A DNA stretch of 62,783 nt, filler included, from Candidatus Woesearchaeota archaeon (GTDB lineage: Archaea; Nanobdellota; Nanobdellia; Woesearchaeales; CAZJJJ01): assembly GCA_046538795.1 (NCBI GenBank). It is 5 parts of 5 records of this genome, joined end to end, with 100 filler letters (N's around TTAATTAATTAA, not from the genome) between each part and the next. Parts side by side here need not be neighbours in the genome. Positions count along the whole stretch, not along the records: positions 15,206 to 30,281 come from JBKHIF010000034.1; 4 more parts are not named here. One strand, written 5' to 3'. The notes under the pieces are model-generated. The model was not told where the DNA came from. It saw nothing but the letters and a program-made list of their open reading frames with translations, and did not search any database. This document shows, piece after piece, positions 18,077 through 26,644 of the stretch. Position 1 is the stretch's first letter. Each line of letters opens with the position of its first letter. Made by a program: the position numbers and the translations under genes.

Positions 18077-18814
18077 ATGCAACCGATGCCGCATCAAGTA
18101 ATGGGTTATGATAGGGCAATAACAATGTTTTCTCCTGATGGAAGACTTCTTCAGGTAGAGTATGCTAAAAAGACTGTAAGACAGGGAAGTACAGCAATAG
18201 GTCTTGTCTGCAAGGATGGAGTTGTTCTTGTAACAGATAAGAGGATAGTTGATCCCTTGGTTGTTCCTGATGCTGTTGAAAAGATTTTTCAGATAGATGA
18301 TCATATAGGAGCTACTGCAGCAGGAATATTATCTGATGCAAGAGTGCTTATCGAAAGAGCGCAGCTAAAGGCTCAGCAGTATGCAGTTACTTATGATTCT
18401 CCGATCGATCCTCAGGATATCGTTAAAGATATTTGTGATCTAAAACAGGTCTGCACTCAGTCAGGAGGATTAAGACCTTTCGGTGTTTCTATACTTCTTG
18501 CAGGTATCAATGATGAACCTAAACTTTTTGAGACAGATCCTACAGGAATCTTTTTCCAGTATAAGGCGACAGCCATAGGCGAGCATGAACCTGAGATTGA
18601 AGAGATACTTCATAAGGAGTATAAAGAAAGCCTGACTGTTGAAGAAGGCATAAAGCTTGCCATAAAAGCGCTTCATAAGTCGATTGAATCAAATTTCACA
18701 GTAGATCGGATTGACTGCGCATACATATCTACTGAAGACAAGAAATTCAAGAGACTCACCAGAAATCAGATTTCTGAATACATGTCTCAGGTCAAGAAGG
18801 AGATCAAGAAATAG
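18077..18814 (+). CDS. psmA: Proteasome subunit alpha
   Basis: GYDRAITMFSPDGRLLQVEYA signature. Confidence 0.98.
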   Translation: MQPMPHQVMGYDRAITMFSPDGRLLQVEYAKKTVRQGSTAIGLVCKDGVVLVTDKRIVDPLVVPDAVEKIFQIDDHIGATAAGILSDARVLIERAQLKAQQYAVTYDSPIDPQDIVKDICDLKQVCTQSGGLRPFGVSILLAGINDEPKLFETDPTGIFFQYKATAIGEHEPEIEEILHKEYKESLTVEEGIKLAIKALHKSIESNFTVDRIDCAYISTEDKKFKRLTRNQISEYMSQVKKEIKK

Positions 18815-18897
18815 GCTTGATCATTTTTTTATTTTTTAATTAAATTATTATTTATAAAAATCATTCATAAGAAAATAAACCACCAAAGGTTTTGAAA

Positions 18898-19641
18898 ATG
18901 TCACAGGGACACATAACATATGATAAGGAAAGAGTATCATTCAATCTTGCCAGGCTGAAAGCGCATGGCATGGTTTTTGAGGTTGTTGTAGATCCTGATT
19001 TAGCTATAGATTATAAAGAAAAGATAATGAGAGCAAAAGATGCTTCTTCTGTAGATCCAAGTATTACAGAAGTACTGAAAAGCGAACATGTTTTCGCTGA
19101 TGCAAGCAAAGGAGTGCTTGCTCCTGAGTATGAGTTTGAAAATGTTTTTGGCTCGACAGATGTTTTAGAGATTGCAAAAAGAATAATCAAAGAAGGAGAG
19201 ATCCAGATAACAGCAGAGCATCGGTCAAAGCTTCGAGAGAAAAAAAAGAACAGAATACTTGATATAATTCATCGCAATGCAATAGATCCAAAAAGTGGTC
19301 TTCCTCATCCTGTTGCCAGAATAGATTCTGCGCTGGAAGAGGCGAAAGTAAAAGTTGATGAATTCAAGAAAGCAGAGGATCAGATCGATTCTATAGTAAA
19401 AAAGATCAATGTGATTCTTCCTCTTAAATTCGACAAAAAGAAGATCTCAGTAACAGTATTTTCAGAGCATGCAGCAAAATTATATGGTTTTTTCAAAAAA
19501 TGGAACATAATCGATGAGTCCTGGAACTCAGACGGATCCCTGACTGTTCTTGTCGAGGTTCCTGCAGGTCTTCAGGAAGAGTTTTTTGATGAACTAAATG
19601 ATCTTACTCAAGGTGGAAACGAGACTAAGATAATTGAGTAG
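18898..19641 (+). CDS. Ribosome maturation factor SBDS/Sdo1
   Basis: ARLK..G..FEVVVDPD, GEIQITAEHR, DPKSGLPHP. Confidence 0.95.
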   Translation: MSQGHITYDKERVSFNLARLKAHGMVFEVVVDPDLAIDYKEKIMRAKDASSVDPSITEVLKSEHVFADASKGVLAPEYEFENVFGSTDVLEIAKRIIKEGEIQITAEHRSKLREKKKNRILDIIHRNAIDPKSGLPHPVARIDSALEEAKVKVDEFKKAEDQIDSIVKKINVILPLKFDKKKISVTVFSEHAAKLYGFFKKWNIIDESWNSDGSLTVLVEVPAGLQEEFFDELNDLTQGGNETKIIE

Positions 19642-19709
19642 ATTCATGATTATAAAAAATCTGATTAGGCATTATGCTATAATCTGAGAAGATAGAAGGT
19701 GAATATAAA

Positions 19710-20477
19710 ATGGGCGAATTGTTAGTTGACGAGAGACAAGTCGTTGTGCCTGGACAGGTACTTGCAAAAGGCATGGATTACCTGCCTAATGTCGGCACTT
19801 ACAGGAAAGACGAAAATATCCTGGCTTCAAGATTGGGGTTGGTCAGGCTTGACGGAAAGGTAATAAAACTTATACCTTTGTCAGGAAAATATCTCCCTAA
19901 AGTAGGAGATACCATAATTGCAAAAATAACCGATGTTACAATGAGCAGCTGGATGGCTGAGACAAATTCTGCATACACAGCGATGCTTAACGTAAAAGAT
20001 GCAACATCCCAGTTTATTGCAAGAGGTGCTGATCTTACAAGATATTTCAACTTTGGAGATTATATAGTTACAAAGATAATCAATGTTACTTCGCAGAAGC
20101 TTGTTGATCTTACCATGAAAGGTCAGGGTCTAAGAAAGCTTAACGGCGGAAGGATAATCGCTGTTGAACCTAGCAAGGTTCCAAGGATTGTCGGAAAATC
20201 AGGTTCTATGGTGAACATGATAAAGCATACTACCAACTGTCGTGTGATTGTAGGTCAGAATGGACTTATCTGGCTAAACGGTGAACCTGAAAACGAGCTT
20301 GTAGCAATTGAAGCTATAAAGAAGATTGAAAAGGAAAGCCACATCTCAGGACTTACTGAGCGTGTTCAGCAGTTCCTTGATGACAGTAAAGGAAGAATTG
20401 TCCAGTCGCAGAATGGAACTAGTTCAGATGACTATAATGATTCTTCTCAAGATAATTCTGATAACAAAGGTGAATAA
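19710..20477 (+). CDS. rrp4: Exosome complex RNA-binding protein Rrp4
   Basis: VVVPG, YLPKVGD S1 domain, KVPRIVGKSGSM KH domain. Confidence 0.96.
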   Translation: MGELLVDERQVVVPGQVLAKGMDYLPNVGTYRKDENILASRLGLVRLDGKVIKLIPLSGKYLPKVGDTIIAKITDVTMSSWMAETNSAYTAMLNVKDATSQFIARGADLTRYFNFGDYIVTKIINVTSQKLVDLTMKGQGLRKLNGGRIIAVEPSKVPRIVGKSGSMVNMIKHTTNCRVIVGQNGLIWLNGEPENELVAIEAIKKIEKESHISGLTERVQQFLDDSKGRIVQSQNGTSSDDYNDSSQDNSDNKGE

Positions 20478-20479
20478 GA

Positions 20480-21214
20480 ATGGCAGAATATAAACGTGAA
20501 GGACGAAAACTTGAAGAAACCAGGCCTATTGAAGCAAAGGCTGGTGTCATACCTAATGCAGATGGTTCTGCTTATTTTAAGATTGGAGATACTGTTGCTT
20601 ACGCAGCTGTATATGGTCCAAGAAATCTTTTCCCACGATTTTTACAGGATCCTGAGAAGGGAATACTTAGGTGCCATTACAACATGATGCCTTTTTCCGG
20701 ACAGGGAAATAGAGTAAGACCTGGTGGAAATAGGAGAGCAAAAGAGATTTCCATGGTTACAAAGAACTCTCTTGAACCGGTGATAAATCTTCATGATTTT
20801 CCAAATGCAGTTGTTGATGTGTTTATCGAGCTTCCACAGACAGATGCAGGTTCAAGGTGTGCAGGTATCTGTGCAGCTTCAATCGCACTTGCTGATGCGG
20901 GAATTTCCATGAAAGACATGGTTGCTGCAGTTTCAACAGGTAAAGTAGGAGATACTGTTCTTGTTGATCTTGATTACCATGAAGAGGCATATGATGCAGA
21001 GGTTGCAGATATCCCTGTTGCTATGATACCTTCAACAGAGAAGATAAGCTTGCTTCAAATGGATGGGATTATCACAAAAGATCAGGTCAAGGCGTCTCTT
21101 GAGATGGTCAAGGGCGCATGCCATCACATAAATGAGATACAAAAACAGGCGCTTGTTGATAAGTATCAGGCAATCGCTGAAGGTGTTTCAGACGAAGGTG
21201 ATAACAATGAATAA
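20480..21214 (+). CDS. rrp41: Exosome complex exonuclease Rrp41
   Basis: RNase PH fold: ADGSAY, AVYGPR, DAGSR, ALADAGI, LLQMDG. Confidence 0.96.
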   Translation: MAEYKREGRKLEETRPIEAKAGVIPNADGSAYFKIGDTVAYAAVYGPRNLFPRFLQDPEKGILRCHYNMMPFSGQGNRVRPGGNRRAKEISMVTKNSLEPVINLHDFPNAVVDVFIELPQTDAGSRCAGICAASIALADAGISMKDMVAAVSTGKVGDTVLVDLDYHEEAYDAEVADIPVAMIPSTEKISLLQMDGIITKDQVKASLEMVKGACHHINEIQKQALVDKYQAIAEGVSDEGDNNE

Positions 21215-21995
21215 GCACAATTACAAACCTCACATCATGACATATCTTGAAAAGAATATGAGATATGACGGAAGGAAAAAAGACGAACTAAGAGAGATCG
21301 TTATCGAGAAAGCAGTTACATCGACAGCAGAGGGTTCTGCAAGAGTAAAGATTGGTGATACTGAAGTTATTGCTGGCGTAAAGATGGAGCTTGGAACACC
21401 ATATCCAGATACTCCTGATGAAGGAAGCATCATGGTCGGTGCAGAATTTCTGCCTATTGCTTCAGCAGATTTTGAAGTCGGACCTCCTAAAGAAGATGCA
21501 ATTGAGCTTGCAAGGGTTGTTGACAGAGGAGTAAGAGAATCTGGTTCAATTGACTTGAAAAAGCTTTGCATAAAAGAAGGATCAAAGATGTGGATTGTTT
21601 CAGTTGATGTATGCACAATAAATGATGCAGGAAATCTTCTTGATGCATCTGGACTTGCAGCAATTGCAGCTATAGAGGATGCAGTCTTTCCTGAGATAAT
21701 GGAGCTTGAAGATGACAGGCTTGAAGTTGATTACAAGCATAAGTCAAAAGACAAGCTTCCTGTGTCAAAGAGACCTATTCCGGTTACTGTCTTCAAGATA
21801 GGAGATCACTTTATTGTTGATCCTACAAAAGAAGAGGAAGCAAAAGCAGAATGCAGGCTTACTATTACCTCGACTGAAGATGGAAAGCTTTGCGCTCTTC
21901 AAAAGGGTGGAGAAGGTGTGCTTTCAACTGATGACATTGCAGGAATGCTTGATCTTGCTGTTGAGAAAGCTAACGAGATGAGAGGCAAGCTTTAA
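21207..21995 (+). CDS. rrp42: Exosome complex component Rrp42
   Basis: RYDGR, AEGSARVKIG, PYPDTPDEG, ELARVVDRGVRES, DAGN. Confidence 0.96.
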   Translation: MNKHNYKPHIMTYLEKNMRYDGRKKDELREIVIEKAVTSTAEGSARVKIGDTEVIAGVKMELGTPYPDTPDEGSIMVGAEFLPIASADFEVGPPKEDAIELARVVDRGVRESGSIDLKKLCIKEGSKMWIVSVDVCTINDAGNLLDASGLAAIAAIEDAVFPEIMELEDDRLEVDYKHKSKDKLPVSKRPIPVTVFKIGDHFIVDPTKEEEAKAECRLTITSTEDGKLCALQKGGEGVLSTDDIAGMLDLAVEKANEMRGKL

Positions 21996-22044
21996 AAATA
22001 AGTTGTCGTTTTAAATAGACTTATTTTGCTAAATTGGTGACAAA

Positions 22045-22248
22045 ATGCCTGAAAAGCTTACAAAATACGAAAAAGCAAGACTGCTTGGAGCAAGAGCTCT
22101 GCAGATTTCCATGGGAGCTCCTTTCCAGATAAAGCTTACCAAAGCGCAGCTGGAAAAGATTAATTATAACCCTATTGAGATAGCAAAGCTTGAGCTTGCA
22201 GAAGACAAGATCCCTATAGAGATTGTAAAATCTTCAAAAAAAGAGTAA
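22045..22248 (+). CDS. rpoK: DNA-directed RNA polymerase subunit K (Rpo6)
   Basis: LTKYEKARLLGARALQISMGAP. Confidence 0.96.
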   Translation: MPEKLTKYEKARLLGARALQISMGAPFQIKLTKAQLEKINYNPIEIAKLELAEDKIPIEIVKSSKKE

Positions 22249-22324
22249 ATTCTTTTTCTTTTTTTATTATTTTTTTATTATGAAGATAGATAAATCTATT
22301 TCTATCTTAGAAATATTTGGAATT

Positions 22325-22483
22325 TTAGTTTGCAGCAGATGCAAATAATCCGAGGAAGTCAGGAATAATTCCTTTGTACATAAGATACATCGCAACGGCT
22401 CCAAGAACAAAAGCTATAAGTGCGGGAATTATCCACTCGCCGATATCTCCTAAGTCTGCTTTCTTGCTTTTAAGAAACTTCAT
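22325..22483 (-). CDS. 52-aa pilin-like membrane peptide (not in ORF track)
   Basis: MKFLKSKKADLGDIGEWIIPALIAFVLGAVAMYLMYKGIIPDFLGLFASAAN; similar to 23300-23479; TATA-like element upstream. Confidence 0.7.
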   Translation of the reverse strand: MKFLKSKKADLGDIGEWIIPALIAFVLGAVAMYLMYKGIIPDFLGLFASAAN

Positions 22484-22562
22484 GTATATTTGATTTGGGA
22501 TTCTGGTTTAAATATTTTTCTTTTTGGAAATGTTATTATAGTTTATTCTCATTAGTTTTAAG

Positions 22563-22952
22563 ATGCTTACAAAAACACAGCTCATCGCACCATGCGGAAT
22601 TAACTGTGGGTTATGTATGGCTTATCTTAGAAAGAAGAACAAATGCAATGGATGCAGAGCCATTAATGAAAGTAAGCTTCTTACAAGATATAATTGTGTT
22701 ATTAAGAGATGTGAAAAAAGGCATAAGTTCTGCGATTGCAAAAAACCTTGCAGACGGCTTAAAGATCTTGATAAAAGATACCGCACAAAATATAATACAA
22801 GTCCTATTGAAAATCTTGAGTTGATCAAGGAACATGGAGTAAGAGAGTTAGTTAAGCGAGATAAGAAAAAATGGACTTGTCCTGAATGCGGTTCAACTAT
22901 TTCTATGCATAGAGGTTATTGTACTGTTTGTGAGAAAAATAATAATCATTAA
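22563..22952 (+). CDS. DUF3795 Cys-rich protein
   Basis: IAPCGINCGLC, CNGC, multiple CxxC. Confidence 0.85.
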   Translation: MLTKTQLIAPCGINCGLCMAYLRKKNKCNGCRAINESKLLTRYNCVIKRCEKRHKFCDCKKPCRRLKDLDKRYRTKYNTSPIENLELIKEHGVRELVKRDKKKWTCPECGSTISMHRGYCTVCEKNNNH

Positions 22953-22978
22953 AAATAATTTCTTATTCTTCTATAATT

Positions 22979-23263
22979 ATGAGTGAACATATTGATTATG
23001 TGGATGAGTGGCATAATATACGCAATAGGATTCTCGAAGAGCATGAAAATGATCTTGAAGATAGACTTCTTGGAAAGATTGTTGCGATTAGATATCGTGA
23101 TGAACTTGATCTGTTTAAGGTGAAAGATATTGCGATAAAGATTTCTAAATTAGAGTATGCAGCAAAAGAAAGTTATTGTCATAATGATCTGATCTTGTAT
23201 GATTCTCAAGGAATAAGATACAAACCAGATCCTGTATTTGGAATAAAAGTTTTTGATCTGTGA
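22979..23263 (+). CDS. Hypothetical protein
   Basis: 94-aa ORF co-oriented with neighbours. Confidence 0.55.
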   Translation: MSEHIDYVDEWHNIRNRILEEHENDLEDRLLGKIVAIRYRDELDLFKVKDIAIKISKLEYAAKESYCHNDLILYDSQGIRYKPDPVFGIKVFDL

Positions 23264-23299
23264 AAAGATTTATATACCATTATGAAATATAATTCTGTT

Positions 23300-23479
23300 A
23301 TGAACCGGATTTTTTACTTTAAAAACAAGAAAGGACAGCTTTTCGCGCTTGAACTAAAAGAGCTTGCAATCGGATTTTTGGTTGGTGCAGTTGCTATGAT
23401 AGTACTTATGTTCTTTCTTCTGAGATCAGGCATTATTCCTTTATCTCTTCTAGAAAAGATAATTCCTGCAGCAAAATAA
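23300..23479 (+). CDS. Small class III signal peptide (pilin-like) protein
   Basis: KNKKG/Q followed by a hydrophobic helix; paralog of 22325-22483. Confidence 0.7.
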   Translation: MNRIFYFKNKKGQLFALELKELAIGFLVGAVAMIVLMFFLLRSGIIPLSLLEKIIPAAK

Positions 23480-23518
23480 GCATAATCTTTTTTAACTAAA
23501 TCTTATTTTTCTATAAAC

Positions 23519-23821
23519 ATGGTAGATAATAATGTAATAGTAAGTGATGAAAAGCTTGCAAAATATTTTGATGTTACAGGCCGTGCTTTAAAGAAAGTAA
23601 AGCTTGTCAAGAATGGGACTGTTGATTTTGATAAAGCAGGAAAAGATTTCCTTGATATGGCAAAAAGATATTTTGATGATGCAAAATTTTTCAAGGAAAA
23701 AAAGAAGGATTATGTTCTTGCATTTGCAGCGCTTAACTATGCACATGGTTGGCTTGACGCAGGAGCAAGATTAGGGCTTTTTGATGTAGATCATGATTCT
23801 GAGCTTTTTACAGTTGATTAA
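23519..23821 (+). CDS. DUF357 family protein
   Basis: YFDDAKFF...AFAALNYAHGWLDAGARLG. Confidence 0.92.
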   Translation: MVDNNVIVSDEKLAKYFDVTGRALKKVKLVKNGTVDFDKAGKDFLDMAKRYFDDAKFFKEKKKDYVLAFAALNYAHGWLDAGARLGLFDVDHDSELFTVD

Positions 23822-24822
23822 AGCATTTCTTTCTGGCTTGGATATGTTCCTGGAAGCATGAATACTTTTTCTGTCTTTACTGCAATACCTTTTTCTGATT
23901 TAACTATCTTATCGGAATTCATCTTTGAGCGTCCGTATGCGATTAATTCTCCTTTAAGCGAAAGTACTGCTACAAGCTGATCTGGTTCTATCCCTGATTC
24001 AAGTTTTGAAATTCCAGGAACTGCAAGATTCATTCCATGGCACAGGCTTTCTATTGTCGAATCAAAAACCCATATCTTTGGAACATGCTTTATGCCGTAC
24101 TCTATCGGAAGGATGGTTTTTCTTATGTATGAATCATCATTATCATTTTTCCAGAAATGATATGCGTCAGCTATGTCCTGAAGAGTTACAAGGTCTTCAT
24201 CTTCGTTGAATGCAGCGACTTTTGTCCTTCTTAGTTCAGCCATGTGGGCTCCGCATCCCAGTTTTTGACCTATGTCGTGGATAAGTTTTCTTATGTATGT
24301 TCCTGCTTCGCATCCTACCCTGAATAGTACTTCCTGGTCTTTTATGGCAAGTATTTCTGTATAGTATATCTTTCTCTCTCTCCACTGTCTTTTTACTGCG
24401 CTTTTTACTGGGGGAAGCTGTTTTATCTTTCCGATAAATTCAGAAAATACCTGATAGATCTTGTAGTCTTCTGTCTTTTTATGAAGATGCATCAGTGCTA
24501 CATATTCTTTTCCTGCAAGAAGCAATAATTGAACAATCTTTGTTCCGCGTCCGAGCGCTACAGGCAACACTCCTGTAACAGCAGGGTCAAGGGTTCCAGA
24601 ATGTCCGCTCTTTTTTACTTTTAATATTTTCTGCACATAAGCGCTTACCTGATGAGATGTGGGTCCTGAAGGCTTATCAAGATTCACTATTCCAAAATTG
24701 ATCAGATCTTCGACGCTTCTTTTGTCTGGATAAGAGCCATAGCTTTCGCTTGTCTTTGATTCTTTTCTTATGAGTATCTCTCTTGTTTCTTTTTCAAAAG
24801 GAAGTTTTGTTTCGATAGCCAT
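23818..24822 (-). CDS. cbf5: RNA-guided pseudouridine synthase Cbf5 (TruB family) with PUA domain
   Basis: LDKPSGPTSHQV, GHSGTLDP, CEAGTYIRKL. Confidence 0.96.
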   Translation of the reverse strand: MAIETKLPFEKETREILIRKESKTSESYGSYPDKRSVEDLINFGIVNLDKPSGPTSHQVSAYVQKILKVKKSGHSGTLDPAVTGVLPVALGRGTKIVQLLLLAGKEYVALMHLHKKTEDYKIYQVFSEFIGKIKQLPPVKSAVKRQWRERKIYYTEILAIKDQEVLFRVGCEAGTYIRKLIHDIGQKLGCGAHMAELRRTKVAAFNEDEDLVTLQDIADAYHFWKNDNDDSYIRKTILPIEYGIKHVPKIWVFDSTIESLCHGMNLAVPGISKLESGIEPDQLVAVLSLKGELIAYGRSKMNSDKIVKSEKGIAVKTEKVFMLPGTYPSQKEML

Positions 24823-24903
24823 ATTATCTAAAGAGATTCTATGTTATTTAAAAAGTTTTCAAAAATAATAACACTTTTATATGACTCCTCTTCAAAAAAT
24901 CTA

Positions 24904-25785
24904 ATGATATGGATCATTTGGGCATTTCTTAACATGACTTTTGCGTCTTTACTCGATATAGCCAATAAAAAAGCCCTTAAAGATGTTGATGAGTACTGGA
25001 TTGGCTTTTTTATGCGAGCATTAAGCCTAATTTTGCTCTTACCTTTTGTGCTCGGTCTTGGAAAGATAATTTTTGGAATGGAATTTGTTACCGGAGGAAT
25101 AAAGTTTTGGATACCTGTCTTTTTTGTAGCAATAACAAATATAATTGCAGTTATTTGTTTCTTGCATGCAGTAAAAGAAACTGAACTTTCGCTCATACTT
25201 CCTTTAACAGTACTCACTCCAATATTTCTTTTGCTCTTATCTCCTATTATTGGCGAAATCCCTTCTTTGTGGGGTCTTGGAGGAGTACTTCTTATCGCTT
25301 TAGGGACTTATGTGCTTAACATAGAGAAACTTGATCAGGGTTTTTTTAGGCCTTTCAAAGCTATTGCTGAGACAAAAGGTGCAAAGCTTGTCGTGATATC
25401 TTCATTGATCTGGGCAACAAACAATATTGTCGGAAAGATAGGACTTCTTGAATCAAATGCCCTTTCGTGGTCTTTTACAACAAATGTGGTCGGTGTTTTG
25501 GCATTTATCCCTGTTATCTATCTAAAATCAAAAATAAGATTTAAAGATCTCTCTAAACATTTCAAGAATATTGGTTCAGTAGGTATTCTAAGAACAGCCA
25601 TGGTATTTTCTCACAACATGGCTATATCAAGCGGTTATGTAGCTTATGTTATTGCCATAAAGAGATTAAGCATATTATTTTCAACAATACTTTCTTATTT
25701 TATATTAGGAGATATCAATGCTAAAAAAAGAGCATTCGGATGTACTCTTATGGTAGTAGGAGTAGTTCTTATAACTGTTTTTTAG
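24904..25785 (+). CDS. EamA/DMT family transporter
   Basis: About 10 TM helices in two repeats; AYVIAIKRLSILF. Confidence 0.88.
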   Translation: MIWIIWAFLNMTFASLLDIANKKALKDVDEYWIGFFMRALSLILLLPFVLGLGKIIFGMEFVTGGIKFWIPVFFVAITNIIAVICFLHAVKETELSLILPLTVLTPIFLLLLSPIIGEIPSLWGLGGVLLIALGTYVLNIEKLDQGFFRPFKAIAETKGAKLVVISSLIWATNNIVGKIGLLESNALSWSFTTNVVGVLAFIPVIYLKSKIRFKDLSKHFKNIGSVGILRTAMVFSHNMAISSGYVAYVIAIKRLSILFSTILSYFILGDINAKKRAFGCTLMVVGVVLITVF

Positions 25786-25836
25786 AATAAGATATTTAAG
25801 AGAATAAAAAATAATAAAAAAAGATTAAAGAAATAT

Positions 25837-26433
25837 TTATTTCTTCTTTTGAGCATTGACTTTTCTGTTGAAAGCAGCTTTTCTTGAAGGCCTTAGCTTT
25901 TCAGCACCCTTGCCCTTTGAATCAAGACCTCTTGCTTTTTTTCCTGCGCTTGTGGTTCCTCTGAATACTCTTTTTGTATTTTTTGGAGCAAGAAGGAACT
26001 TAAACTGCTTGTCTTTTCTTACAACAGGACTGTCTTTATCGACCATGATAACTTCGTACCAATAATGCTGTCCGTCTTTTGAGACAAAGTATGAGTTAAG
26101 AACTTCACAGTTAACATATTTTTTCTGGACACGCTCTTCAGCAATCTGCTGGTAGTTTTTTGTGAGATTTTTTCTCATGCCTTGGTTTCTTGATCTTCTT
26201 CCCTTGATATTCCTTTCTCTTACGTGGGATCCTCTTTTGACTCTCTGCCTTACGACAAAAACTCCTTGTTTTGCCTTGTAGCCAAGTGTCTTTGCACGAT
26301 CAAGCCTTGTTGGTCTTTCAACTCTCACTGTCGCAGGCTCCTGCCTGAAGTCTATCATTCTCTTTCTGTAGTTTTCGTCTCTCTTTGAGAGCTCTTTTCT
26401 GAATGTCTGTTTCAGATATTTCATAAAACCCAT
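25837..26433 (-). CDS. rpl15e: 50S ribosomal protein L15e
   Basis: ERPTRLDRAKTLGYKAKQG, EVLNSY, RVFRGTTSAGKK. Confidence 0.98.
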   Translation of the reverse strand: MGFMKYLKQTFRKELSKRDENYRKRMIDFRQEPATVRVERPTRLDRAKTLGYKAKQGVFVVRQRVKRGSHVRERNIKGRRSRNQGMRKNLTKNYQQIAEERVQKKYVNCEVLNSYFVSKDGQHYWYEVIMVDKDSPVVRKDKQFKFLLAPKNTKRVFRGTTSAGKKARGLDSKGKGAEKLRPSRKAAFNRKVNAQKKK

Positions 26434-26451
26434 TTTAATTCACCTAATTAA

Positions 26452-26479
26452 CGATTCAGGATGACAACCCCACATCTCG
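26452..26479 (-). promoter_or_regulatory. Putative eL15 ribosomal leader hairpin in rpl15e 5' UTR
   Basis: CGA-GATGTG-GGGT-TGTC-ATCC-TGAA-TCG forms a stem, internal loop and stem between the TATA box and the AGGTGA SD. Confidence 0.5.
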
Positions 26480-26644
26480 TTTTTAAGCAAAAGAATCACA
26501 TTTCATTTAAAAAGGTTTGGGATAATCCCTGATTGATTGATTGTACTTTCTTAACCAAATCTTTTTAAACAACTTCTAGTTTTTTTTTGGAGCAGATAAA
26601 TGAAGCTCATTTATTTTCAATACTGAAAACAATTATTTTGGAAG

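Noticed and set aside
17646..22248. Exosome-proteasome-RNase P gene cluster as a novelty
   Set aside because: This is a well-known conserved archaeal superoperon.
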